A DNA stretch of 64,000 nucleotides from a virus, in IMG/VR virus record IMGVR_UViG_3300032267_001484; one strand, written 5' to 3'. A model generated the notes under the pieces. It had not been told where the DNA came from and searched no databases. It saw only the letters and a list, made by a program, of their open reading frames with translations. The translations under genes and the position numbers were made by a program. Of the stretch, positions 29,301 to 38,727 are shown piece by piece. Every line of letters begins with the position of its first letter. The first letter of the stretch is position 1.

Positions 29301-32300
29301 TCCCTCTATATAAACTACAGGAGTTGTATCAGAATTATCTTGAGACTCTATTCTTAACATTGAGTTGGTAGAGCCTGAAATATGGAGTTTTGATGTTGGG
29401 ATTGTAGTACCTATACCAACATTACCAGCACTTTGATACATTACACTACTGCTTAAAGTAGTAGCTCCAGTCCATAATGGAATATAGTTTGTTGCACCAC
29501 CTAAGACACTACCTGCACTTGGAGCAAAGGATGCACTTAAAGCATAACTTGAACTAATAGCTACTGATGCACTCTGTGCCCAGCTAGCAGTTCCAAATAA
29601 AGAACTAGTTATACCAGCTCCAGTAACATTTAAACTACCAGTTATACTTACTGAACCTGTAAATTGATGTGTATTAGTCAATAAACTACCAAAACGAGAG
29701 GACCCAGTAACAAAATTAACAGAAGATGTTACTGTTTGTACTATAAGAGTTTGTGCAGTAATAGTACCTGTTGATAATATATTAGAAGCAGTTACAGCAG
29801 ATGCTGATATATTTCCTGCTACTTCTAATTTTGCAGATGATGGAGTTACCCCTATACCTAAATTACCATTATTATCCAAAATCATCTTTTGGGTAAGAGT
29901 AGCTTGACCACCAACAGCAACTGTTTGTGAAGCACCAGTGAACCATCTAAAAGTATCACTCATTGCAAAAGCAGATCTTCCAATTGCTATTGTTGTTGAT
30001 GATTGGAAAGTATCAGCAGATGATGAAGGGGCAACAGCATATCCAAGAACAGGACCACCACTAGACTGATTTGTACCAAAATTAGTTAAATGTCCTGAAG
30101 TATATTGATCTTGTAATATTATTGATCCATTAACTGCTTGGGCATTACCTGCAAAAATAGTTCCACTAACATCTAATCTTGCTGCAGGGGATATAGTACC
30201 TATGCCAATGTTACTTGCGCTTTGGTACATTACGCTACTGCTTAAAGTAGTAGCACTATTCCATAATGGAATATAGTTTGTTGCTCCTCCTGAAACTCCG
30301 CTAGCGCTAAGAGCATTATTAGCCCAAGATGCTGTACCTTGTAGTGATCCTGTATATCCTAAAGTTGCTATTGAACTACCGGTTATAACTTCATTACCTA
30401 TTATATTTAATTCAACTGCTGCTGAACTAGATAAGGTAAGTGAACCTGTTATTATTTGATTACCTACAAATATATTTGAACCAGTTGTTGCAAAAACAGA
30501 AGATGCGGTTCCATTAAGTAAACCTGCATTAAATGCATAAGAAGCAGTTAATGCAAATGATGAACTTAATGCAAATGATGAACTCAACGTATAGCTACTA
30601 CTTAATGCAAATGATGAACTTATTGCTCTAGATGAGCTTTCAGCCCAGCTAGCTGTACCAATTAATGAACCACTAAATGATCCAGTAAATGAATGTGCCC
30701 ATACTCCACCACTAACATGTAATCTACCTAAAGAAGGTGTTGTAGTACCTATGCCAACTCTACCTACATTATCAATAGTAAAGAAGGCATATGATTGAGA
30801 AGCAACAGTATTACTTTCAGATCCAGTTAATCTTGCTACAACAAATTTGTCTGGGGATGGTTGGGTGCCGTATGGGTTTCCAAAAAACCAGTTAAAACTT
30901 TGAGCAGAGGTGTATGTGTGAATGCCATTACCACGAGCGTGGTCAACACCTCTCATCAATATTCTAGTAGCTAGATAATCAACATTAGTACTAGTTGCTT
31001 CTAAAACTAATGTTGTGTTATTGGATTGATTTTTATAAATATGAAAATCACCTGATGGTGTTAGTGTACCTACGCCAATATTGCTTGCACTTTGGTACAT
31101 TACACTACTGCTTAAAGTAGTAGCGCTATTCCATAATGGAATATAGTTTGTTGCACCACCTTGGATATTAGATGCAGTTAATGCATTTCGAGCCCAAGAG
31201 GCAGTACCAAATAATGAACCAGTTAAATTATTAATAGTAGCAGGACCATCCATATTTAATGATCCTGTTATAGTAACAGATCCTGTTATTTGATGGGTAT
31301 TAGTTGATAAACTACCATGTACTGTAGATCCTGTAATCTGTTCAGTAATAGATATGATAGTTGTTGCAACAATATTAGTTGCAGTTATTGTACCACTAAC
31401 ACTAAAATTGCCTGATATAAAGGTAGGGGCCCATGAAGCAGACAAGGCAAATGAAGCACTTGTAGCTATTGATGAAGAAAGAGCATAGCTACTACTTACA
31501 GCAAATGAAGCACTCTTAACACTATCAAACCCATAAGGACCAAATACACGAGATGAAGTTATCCAAGATGCACTTAAAGCATTATTAGCCCAAGATGCAG
31601 TACCTTGTAATGACCCTGTTATTGATCCTGAAAGTACAATTAGATTACCTATTATGGTTTCACTACCTGATATATTTAGTGATCCTGTAATGGATTGTAC
31701 TCCAATAACAACATTGGAGCCAGTAGTCATAAAAGCAGATGATGCGGTTCCATTAAGTAATCCTGCGTTAAAGGCATAGGCAGAAGTAACAGCAAATGAA
31801 GCACTTTTAACACTATCAAGTCCATAAGGACCAAATACATTTGATGAGCTTACCCACGATGCTGTTCTAGCATTAATTGCATTAGATGCAGATTCCGCGT
31901 ATAAAGCGTATGATGCTGTTGCTACAGAACCAGATTGGGATACAACTACATTGAATGTACTTCCATCACCTTTAGTAAAAGTAATTGTTGTGTTTACAGC
32001 AGATGCTGTTATTATACCTCGTAAAGGTAATGAAGATGTTTCGGCATATGATGCACTAGAGGCATAACTTGAACTAATAGCCACTGATGCACTCTGTGCC
32101 CAAGATGCTGTACCAAATAAAGATCCAGTTATGCTTCCACTAACTAATAAAGAACCAGTAACAGTTAAAGAACCAGAAATAAGAGCGTTTCCTGTAAAAG
32201 GAAAACCAGATCCGGATGAGCCAGGTGATCCAGAAATATTTGTGCTATAGTAAAATCTACCTTCACTATCAGCTACTACAACTCTATTTAATGAAGAACT

Positions 32301-32375
32301 TTCGGTAAGTGCTACTTGCAGTGTATTAAATCTAGCATTACCATCCATTCTAGGGATGTCGATGTATTGGGCCAT
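26301..32375 (-). CDS. Long tail fibre protein with C-terminal peptidase S74 intramolecular chaperone
   Basis: 2024 aa; many GNVGIGTT.P repeats; C-terminal SDKRLKNN...GFTYNW...GVFAQDV..VLPEAV...V.YEKIVPLLIEAIKEQQ. Confidence 0.88.
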   Translation of the reverse strand: MAQYIDIPRMDGNARFNTLQVALTESSSLNRVVVADSEGRFYYSTNISGSPGSSGSGFPFTGNALISGSLTVTGSLLVSGSITGSLFGTASWAQSASVAISSSYASSASYAETSSLPLRGIITASAVNTTITFTKGDGSTFNVVVSQSGSVATASYALYAESASNAINARTASWVSSSNVFGPYGLDSVKSASFAVTSAYAFNAGLLNGTASSAFMTTGSNVVIGVQSITGSLNISGSETIIGNLIVLSGSITGSLQGTASWANNALSASWITSSRVFGPYGFDSVKSASFAVSSSYALSSSIATSASFALSASWAPTFISGNFSVSGTITATNIVATTIISITEQITGSTVHGSLSTNTHQITGSVTITGSLNMDGPATINNLTGSLFGTASWARNALTASNIQGGATNYIPLWNSATTLSSSVMYQSASNIGVGTLTPSGDFHIYKNQSNNTTLVLEATSTNVDYLATRILMRGVDHARGNGIHTYTSAQSFNWFFGNPYGTQPSPDKFVVARLTGSESNTVASQSYAFFTIDNVGRVGIGTTTPSLGRLHVSGGVWAHSFTGSFSGSLIGTASWAESSSRAISSSFALSSSYTLSSSFALSSSFALTASYAFNAGLLNGTASSVFATTGSNIFVGNQIITGSLTLSSSAAVELNIIGNEVITGSSIATLGYTGSLQGTASWANNALSASGVSGGATNYIPLWNSATTLSSSVMYQSASNIGIGTISPAARLDVSGTIFAGNAQAVNGSIILQDQYTSGHLTNFGTNQSSGGPVLGYAVAPSSSADTFQSSTTIAIGRSAFAMSDTFRWFTGASQTVAVGGQATLTQKMILDNNGNLGIGVTPSSAKLEVAGNISASAVTASNILSTGTITAQTLIVQTVTSSVNFVTGSSRFGSLLTNTHQFTGSVSITGSLNVTGAGITSSLFGTASWAQSASVAISSSYALSASFAPSAGSVLGGATNYIPLWTGATTLSSSVMYQSAGNVGIGTTIPTSKLHISGSTNSMLRIESQDNSDTTPVVYIEGNKAGISSATAVLIELKSNTDVRARGINMTTADSNIRWFAGMAYNGGSTSGYQIGYDATTNNKPYYVQSSSLFIDTSGNVGIGTTSPSARLNVNGGATTLQHNAGVLNIYGNNHAYMQWYPTASAGRLAYLGFPSVGSTDFYITNESTNGNIYLLTNSSTRLFITASGNVGINSTTPYQRLTVVGAIEAGSGASTNGGPFLYRTYDGANNDYVNVLGSEYSTGAMTLGYGAVGKTGAAGYVSTFDNFSADRSILNIGGGTLTFLHTRASVNTAAGSDLSMTSSFAIATDGNITLSKLAGSGDRIVGASSTGQLSSINVGSGLSLSGGTLTATGGSAGTVTGTGANSRVAYWTSTSNVTGSNQFTWDNDNGRLGVNSTSPSYTLDVNGAIRGNNDVYLTGLSNTTQNNVMTVDPSTGKLYYTSSLSLLGSNVITNDNSITDQNFYRILKPLGGYYNTTTATVTGAIKITYPVGWTNTMHSVKITVYEYITNSSFTVNFGGYNYYPVDPSSGAWYNTFAYIESNSQIDTNYTVRFGYDGSKIVVFIGELADTWSYPQVHINDVSLGYSGLNPSWTGSWSVGFESSTFADKNITQTNTNNQVNSFVRNSSDVYYTRGNVGIGTSTPRDTLDVVGSIILRDTYNLTWGNTYGAGVPTITGASGSSAVLAFYPAGSTSGEKVRIDNNGNVGIANTSPTTAKLVIGGTATQEGLDLATADQYANLRVIRNSLNGSDKDMYIGYQSGVGSKLHLYSNNSETITVSGGNVGIGTTTPTVKLHVSGGSCVFSGTADQMLTLDATDSSWSYIGYSWAGTRRFYTGLDNAGKYVFGSDSAAVFYFTGGNVGIANATPSYPLDVIGDARINTGALGVGVVPNAVDGTISALADIIAYASDKRLKNNVQILDKPLEKINKLTGFTYNWNEKAKEVANYDTEELLVGVFAQDVQAVLPEAVKLAPFDNDGNNKSISGENYLTVQYEKIVPLLIEAIKEQQKQIDELKYLLQNKT

Positions 32376-32427
32376 GTTTAACCTTTAGTTCTCGTATAAA
32401 TATACTATAAAAAAAACAATGATTAAA

Positions 32428-33237
32428 CTATACTCCATATCTACCTCTTAATATATTAAAGTTTTGTGTAATTTCAGCTTGAGTGAGGGCGCGGTTATAT
32501 ACTATAAGAACACTAGCACTTCCTGCCATATAATCAGCTCCTGATGTTCCTGTTGTACCAAAAAGAGCAAAACTAATACGATCAGCAATTGTATCTAATC
32601 CATGGGTTCCAGTTCCCACAACATTGACTACTGTATTAGTGTTTTGAACTCCATTAACATATATTTTAACATCGTTTCCTGAATTAGGATATGTTCCGGT
32701 GTATGTTACTGTTAGGTTTGTCCATGATTCTACTGGTACATCATTTCTAGTAATGTAATATCTAAGGTTTGAGCCGTTAGAAACTGCACTAAATCCAAAT
32801 CCATTTTGGCCAGTTCCGTTTATATTATTTCCATATTCAATAAACCAACCTCTAGTTGAGTTATTATCACTTTTATACCAAATAATACATTGCTCATTTG
32901 CAGGAAATTTTAACCACATATCAACAGATAATGCACTTAATCCAGTAAGACTTGCTGATGAATTGAATAACATATAGTCATTTGTTCCATCAAAATTAAT
33001 ACTACTAAGAGCTCCAGCATTTGTATATGCAGGACCATTTATTAAGCTACCAGTAACACTTCCTGTTAGACTAAGCCAGTTAGTACCTGAGCCTGAGTAG
33101 CTAAGAGTATTTGCAGCGTCTAGATATAGTAAAGATCCACTTGTTACTATTCCTATTGGGGGAGGTGGATTATATACTTGTAATCCACTACCTTGAAATT
33201 GTCTATAAGAAGCAGGATTAAATATTGTAACAGGCAT
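32428..33237 (-). CDS. LamG/concanavalin A-like lectin domain protein
   Basis: IVTSG..LYLDAAN..SYSGSGT.W, FDGTNDY, W..LTVTY, IYVNG, YNRALT..EI.QNFN..RGRYG. Confidence 0.8.
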   Translation of the reverse strand: MPVTIFNPASYRQFQGSGLQVYNPPPPIGIVTSGSLLYLDAANTLSYSGSGTNWLSLTGSVTGSLINGPAYTNAGALSSINFDGTNDYMLFNSSASLTGLSALSVDMWLKFPANEQCIIWYKSDNNSTRGWFIEYGNNINGTGQNGFGFSAVSNGSNLRYYITRNDVPVESWTNLTVTYTGTYPNSGNDVKIYVNGVQNTNTVVNVVGTGTHGLDTIADRISFALFGTTGTSGADYMAGSASVLIVYNRALTQAEITQNFNILRGRYGV

Positions 33238-33249
33238 AAATTTATTTTA

Positions 33250-34779
33250 TTATCCTCTTGTTATATCGTATTGATGTGCTAGAAAATCTACTGAATGTAG
33301 CCTGGCTGTAGTTCCTATCATTTTTCCTATATGTGCTCCAAATCCTAAAGTAGAGCCTGATCTAGGAAGAGTGCCTGATATTTCAGTTGCTATAACCCAA
33401 GTAACACTATCTGTAGAGTAAAAATAAGTTGCTCTATCCCATGTTGAATTTACATATGTTCCTAACCATATATAGTTAGTATCAACTAATGGGCCTGTTG
33501 AAGACGATGTATAAGTAGAAGCAGAAATAGCAACTGCTGTCCAGTTAGGACCACTAAATCCTCTAGAACCAGCTACTGATCCACTATGATATTGCCAAGC
33601 AATAGCATTTGAAGCAGATGGAGCTGATGTTGAGTCGTGCCAACCAGAGTATATGTGATAAGCCTCTGCACCTGTAGATAAATTTGTTTGTGGTGCTATT
33701 CTACTTAAGCATATAGCTTGACCTCGTTGTGGGATTATGCTAGCGTCGGTTGCACCTATATTTCCACGACCGGTAGCAGTAGTACCTGTTGATATTTGAA
33801 CAGCACCTAATGGTCTTTCTGTAGTATTAACTAAATATGTACTTACTGCTGGTGTTGCGCCAGTACCTGAAAAAGTAGCTGTCCATACACCTGCTTGAAT
33901 ACCAGTAGTTGTGTTTGGGGAACCACCTAAAAAATCATCAAATTGGTCAAAGAATCCATTAAATCCAATATTACCTGATGATCCTAAAGGTTCCCATCTA
34001 GAGGAAATACTATCATACATTAAATGAATAGAGTCATTAGGTACTAAAAACACAACATTTCTAAAATCAAACCTATTTGCTGCTAAAGAAGATGTTGATT
34101 GGTCTTCTAGTATAATTAGCCTATCAGGAGAAGAATTTCTTAAAATAGCTATTCTACCACTAGTACCACCAGCTAATCCTGTTATTTTGATTGATCTACT
34201 TCCAGTTATATCTAATGTAGTTGCTTTACTTGGATCAGTATTATTCCATCCTGTAGGTGAGAAATCGTTTTGGTCTGTAGTTACAGATGCTGTTATAACA
34301 CTAAGTATAAATTGGTTTGTTTGTATATTTGCTACAACAGAACCACTTACTAATAAACTTGAGGTGGTAAAATTGTATACAGTAACACTACCAGAGGATA
34401 TAGTAGCAATAGTACCACTAGAACCAGTAACATCCGTTACCCTAAATAATTCACTTCGTGAGCCAGAAATACTAAAACTACCAGTAACCCTAAAAGAACC
34501 AGTAAATTCCATCACATCACCACTAAATTCTAACACATCACCTGCTATATCTAATACACTTCCTGAGGTATTAAATATACTTAATGATCCTGTTAATGTA
34601 ACACTACCTGAATTTGCAGCTCCCGTTGTTATAGTGGATTGAATAGTGTCTGAGCCGCTGCCTGATTTGCGGAAAAATATCCTTCCATCAGGTATATTCA
34701 TGGCTAGTTCCCCTATTACTAATGAAGCAGTAGTAGGGATTGAACCAGATGTTAAACTTCTTTTTTGTCTTATTGGCAT
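33250..34779 (-). CDS. Fibre/spike-like virion protein with N-terminal attachment domain shared with 49732-54357
   Basis: KRS...G.IPTT.SL..GELA.N..DG..F..KSGS N-terminus; C-terminal FDDF...jelly-roll-like domain. Confidence 0.6.
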   Translation of the reverse strand: MPIRQKRSLTSGSIPTTASLVIGELAMNIPDGRIFFRKSGSGSDTIQSTITTGAANSGSVTLTGSLSIFNTSGSVLDIAGDVLEFSGDVMEFTGSFRVTGSFSISGSRSELFRVTDVTGSSGTIATISSGSVTVYNFTTSSLLVSGSVVANIQTNQFILSVITASVTTDQNDFSPTGWNNTDPSKATTLDITGSRSIKITGLAGGTSGRIAILRNSSPDRLIILEDQSTSSLAANRFDFRNVVFLVPNDSIHLMYDSISSRWEPLGSSGNIGFNGFFDQFDDFLGGSPNTTTGIQAGVWTATFSGTGATPAVSTYLVNTTERPLGAVQISTGTTATGRGNIGATDASIIPQRGQAICLSRIAPQTNLSTGAEAYHIYSGWHDSTSAPSASNAIAWQYHSGSVAGSRGFSGPNWTAVAISASTYTSSSTGPLVDTNYIWLGTYVNSTWDRATYFYSTDSVTWVIATEISGTLPRSGSTLGFGAHIGKMIGTTARLHSVDFLAHQYDITRG

Positions 34780-34801
34780 ATCCTATATAAATATTAGTTT
34801 A

Positions 34802-35050
34802 TTATATTGGTTGATCGGGAAACCATCCATTATCGTTCATATACTGTTGATCTTTTAATTCTAGTATTTCTTGTTCTGTTAATAATGCTTCTTGTCCTTC
34901 CGGTATTTGCATTGCTCCTTCTTCTGTTGTTGGATGTTCAGTACATCCAAACCAATAAGTAGTTGTATCACCAGTACACCCTTGTGATACACATATTTCT
35001 TGTGATCTATTTAAGGCTAACTGCATTGTTGGGAATATTAAATATTTCAT
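34802..35050 (-). CDS. Hypothetical small acidic protein
   Basis: 82-aa ORF following a lectin-like gene. Confidence 0.62.
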   Translation of the reverse strand: MKYLIFPTMQLALNRSQEICVSQGCTGDTTTYWFGCTEHPTTEEGAMQIPEGQEALLTEQEILELKDQQYMNDNGWFPDQPI

Positions 35051-35052
35051 AA

Positions 35053-36033
35053 TTAATATATTGTATAAAATGAATTTATATTCGTTTGTATTCCAGAACG
35101 ATTCGAAAACTGATTAGAGCCGTATATTATAAGTTCACTTAAATATCCTTCATACACTTCTGAGTTATTTGTTCTAGTTCCTATTATCAATGGTGTTCCT
35201 GTATTATTTGTAGATACATTTCCTTGTGTTCTTTCTCTATAGGCCGCCTCTACATTATTAACATAATAACTTGTATTTGCACTTCCTATGAATATAGACG
35301 TTAAAGCATATATATTATTATAAACACTTCCACTTGTATTTATCGCAGGAACTAATCCTACACTAGCACCTGAACCCCAAACCAAAGCCTCCCCTGCTTT
35401 CCAATTATAAAAATCAGAATTCGCTCTTAGTACAATTGCATAGAAATTAGGCCCTACAATATCTGACCCTATAGTAGTTATGAATTTATAAGTACTGGTA
35501 GTTTGATCCATTTTAGTAACAATGAATGTACTCATATAAGAATTTGGTGTAATATTGGTTGTTGTTACCAAACGGCTGTTTGAAGAAGTTACAAACAACA
35601 TTGACGGTTTTCCTCCTTGACTGTCTATAGTTCCTGCATTTACTATTCTTGGTTGGTTTCCAGCGGTTGCTTGAGATGCAGTTACATTATTGCCTGATTG
35701 GTCATACCATCTTGTGATAAAAGCACTATTAGAAGATACAAAAGAACTTAAAGAAGCTGTATCTAATTGATTATTAACAAATCCAATATCTTGTTCAGCA
35801 TTATCGTTAGATCGTCTTACTCTAATTGCGTTACCTGAGTATGCTGATCTTAATTTGCGTAATGAGAAGGCAACAGCAGCATCTGTATATGTGTCTAAAA
35901 GGAAGGTTTCACCACCGCCGCCACCACCACTGCTTCCAGATGTTGTATAAATTGAAGTGAAAGTTCCACCTAGCCCTAAACTAGTAAACCTTATTTTTCC
36001 TCCTTGTCCTGTATTTCTAATTGTTATTCCCAT
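35053..36033 (-). CDS. Lectin/LamG-like (ConA-fold) virion protein, second family
   Basis: LLDTY..AAVAFSLRKL...Y.G.AIRVRR..DN.EQDIGF...WYDQSGN...QP.I...G.LSELIIY. Confidence 0.68.
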   Translation of the reverse strand: MGITIRNTGQGGKIRFTSLGLGGTFTSIYTTSGSSGGGGGGETFLLDTYTDAAVAFSLRKLRSAYSGNAIRVRRSNDNAEQDIGFVNNQLDTASLSSFVSSNSAFITRWYDQSGNNVTASQATAGNQPRIVNAGTIDSQGGKPSMLFVTSSNSRLVTTTNITPNSYMSTFIVTKMDQTTSTYKFITTIGSDIVGPNFYAIVLRANSDFYNWKAGEALVWGSGASVGLVPAINTSGSVYNNIYALTSIFIGSANTSYYVNNVEAAYRERTQGNVSTNNTGTPLIIGTRTNNSEVYEGYLSELIIYGSNQFSNRSGIQTNINSFYTIY

Positions 36034-38225
36034 TAATAAAACCCTCCATCTATGTCTAAAGTAAATGATGATGTTGTTGAAAATGATGCTGTTCCTAATA
36101 GCGAACCAGTAAATGAACCAGTAAACGAACCAGTTGCTCTTAATGTAGTACCATCATACGTTAATGTTGGTACACCTCCAAAAGCTCCTGCATTATTATA
36201 TTGTATTTGTGTAGTTGAACCACCAGGTGTGCCACCACCGCCACCACCAGTAGAACCAGAAGCAGCAGTTGTAATTACATTACCACTTGAGTCTACTGCT
36301 AATACAGCAGCTACTGTTCCAGGAAATGATGATGTTGATGTGTATCTATAGAAAGCCAATTGGCCTGTATCTGATATTCTTACTCTTTCAGCTATACCAA
36401 TAGCAGAACCAGAAGCTACTGTTTGTGATGCTGTTGTATAAAAAGATATTCTATCTTCTAATATAATAGCACTACGCCCAGCAGGAGAAGAAAAGGTAGA
36501 TGTAAAATTATTAGTAGTAACAGTGCTAGGTACACAAGCATATGATATTACAGGACCACCACTAGAACGATTAGTTCCAAAATTAGTTAAGTTACCTGCT
36601 GTATAATAGTCTTGAAGTATAACTGTTCCTTCAGTTGCTGTATTTGATCCAGCTTTAATAGAACCAGCATTTATGTCTAAAGCTACAGTTGGTGCTGTTG
36701 TTCCTATACCAACTTTACCTCTTAATATTGTTCTTATAATACTACTATTACCTAAAGTAACTGTATTTGAACCATGACCCACATTACTAGCACCTATTAC
36801 AATTTCGTTTTGTCCATTACTTTGAGAGGCATAAGCTGAAACTCCTATATAAATGCTATTATCAGCTGTAGTATTTGCTGTGAGTCCGTCACCTAAAGTG
36901 TCTCCTGCATACCACCCAACAGCCACATTAGAACCACCATCTGTATTACTTGCTAAGGAATTATATCCAACAGATGTATTTGCTTGACCTGAGGTATTAG
37001 AAAATAATGCTCCTTCACCTAATGCTGTGTTTTGAGTTCCAGTAAGATTATTTCTCATAGCAAGAGCACCCACAGCAGTATTGCTAGCTGCACCAGCAGC
37101 ATTACTTGCTGACAGGGCATTCCACCCTATAGCAGTATTTCTAGTAGCTGTTGTATTTCTAGCTAAGGCTTGGAAACCAAAGGCAATATTTTCAACAGCA
37201 TTTCCTGCACCTCTTCCTATAGTAAAAGTATTTACATTTATATCAGTACTACTTGTTATACTACCTGTTACTCTAAGAGAACCTGTAATATCTTGGTCTC
37301 CTCTTACTACTAATTCAGTACCAGCAGATCCTGATAGTGTTAGGCTACCTGTTATTGTTTGGTTACCAACAAATGTGTTTGAACCAGTAGTTGCAAATAC
37401 TGTGCTGTCTAACCCATCTAACAAATTAGCATTACTTGCAAATGATGCTGTTGATACAAATGATGCTGTTTGGGCGGTAACTACAAATGAAGCTGTATTA
37501 GCTGTTTGAGCTAATGTTGCAAACGAAGCAGACACTGCTTGAAGTACATATGATGCTGTTTGAGCAGTTGTAACGAATGATGCTGTTTGAGCGGTTGTTA
37601 CAAAAGATGCAGTAGCAGCTGTGCCTAATAAGGATCCGGTAAAGTTAGAAGCAGATACTGCTCCAACTACAGTTAATGACCCTGTTATCCCTACACTACC
37701 TGTAAATTGGTGTGTATTAGATATTAAACTGCCGAAGCGAGTAGAACCAGTAACAAAATTAACAGATGATGTTATTGTTTGTACTACTATTGTAGTAGCA
37801 GTTAATGTATTTCTAACAGTAAAATTATCAGCAGATGATGCTGTTGATGCAAACGAAGAGGATATTGCATTCAAAACATAAGAAGCAGTAATAGCTTGAG
37901 AGGCACTAGTTGCAAAAGATGCTGTTCCTAACAATGAACCAGTTATACTACCTGTTACTATTAGACTACCGGATATTTTTACATTTTTAGACGAGTCAAC
38001 AGCAAGTATATCAATACTACCTGTCGATACTGAAAATAAATTTGTATTTGATGCTGTTACATCTGTAATAGAAAATACACTACCAGCACTTCCAGACACA
38101 CTAAGTATAGTAGAACCGCTTCCAATAAGTCGTAATGCAGTAGCATTTGATGATGCAGACATTATAGTACTGCCCGTTACGGATAGCGAATTAAAACTTG
38201 CTGTATCTGTATAAAATATTGGCAT
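36033..38225 (-). CDS. Ser/Thr/Gly-rich fibre protein with beta-roll-like (N.A.G..AL..N) repeats
   Basis: TGSL.GTAS repeats, ADNFTV...THQFTGSV module, NTA.G..AL repeats, PGGSTTQIQYNNAGAFGG, ends DIDGGFY. Confidence 0.68.
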   Translation of the reverse strand: MPIFYTDTASFNSLSVTGSTIMSASSNATALRLIGSGSTILSVSGSAGSVFSITDVTASNTNLFSVSTGSIDILAVDSSKNVKISGSLIVTGSITGSLLGTASFATSASQAITASYVLNAISSSFASTASSADNFTVRNTLTATTIVVQTITSSVNFVTGSTRFGSLISNTHQFTGSVGITGSLTVVGAVSASNFTGSLLGTAATASFVTTAQTASFVTTAQTASYVLQAVSASFATLAQTANTASFVVTAQTASFVSTASFASNANLLDGLDSTVFATTGSNTFVGNQTITGSLTLSGSAGTELVVRGDQDITGSLRVTGSITSSTDINVNTFTIGRGAGNAVENIAFGFQALARNTTATRNTAIGWNALSASNAAGAASNTAVGALAMRNNLTGTQNTALGEGALFSNTSGQANTSVGYNSLASNTDGGSNVAVGWYAGDTLGDGLTANTTADNSIYIGVSAYASQSNGQNEIVIGASNVGHGSNTVTLGNSSIIRTILRGKVGIGTTAPTVALDINAGSIKAGSNTATEGTVILQDYYTAGNLTNFGTNRSSGGPVISYACVPSTVTTNNFTSTFSSPAGRSAIILEDRISFYTTASQTVASGSAIGIAERVRISDTGQLAFYRYTSTSSFPGTVAAVLAVDSSGNVITTAASGSTGGGGGGTPGGSTTQIQYNNAGAFGGVPTLTYDGTTLRATGSFTGSFTGSLLGTASFSTTSSFTLDIDGGFY

Positions 38226-38264
38226 ATATTAATAAATATTTATTTTGTTATTTATATTATAATA

Positions 38265-38720
38265 CTAACAAGATCCACTAGTAACTGTTATTGGTGCTGG
38301 GTCTAAGGTTCCATAAAATACCCATTGGGTTTCTAAATAAGGATTCGATGGTGCAGGAAAGGTAAGACCTTCATATAGCTCAATTCTTTCTCCTGAGATA
38401 CTGCATATTATATATGTGCCATTAGCGGTTGAATTATCTATACTATAAAAGAAAGGCCCAGGGGATTGATAGACTGGACTAGTATACCCATTAAATGTTT
38501 GGTAACCAATAAAAGTGTATGTTTCATTTGCGGCTGCAACTCCACTAACACATATCGGTCCAGTATATGGAGTTAAAGGTTGAGGAAATGTAGGATCAGT
38601 ATTTATATTAATACTTCCATTTCTATTTACTCTACAATATGTGTTTATAGTTATTGCAGTAGTAGTATCAGTTTTATTTACACTACTATTATTAAGACTA
38701 CCATTTATTATAACTCCCAT
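38265..38720 (-). CDS. Hypothetical protein, possible fibre-tip partner
   Basis: 151-aa ORF directly following fibre 38728-40647. Confidence 0.58.
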   Translation of the reverse strand: MGVIINGSLNNSSVNKTDTTTAITINTYCRVNRNGSININTDPTFPQPLTPYTGPICVSGVAAANETYTFIGYQTFNGYTSPVYQSPGPFFYSIDNSTANGTYIICSISGERIELYEGLTFPAPSNPYLETQWVFYGTLDPAPITVTSGSC

Positions 38721-38727
38721 ATATTAA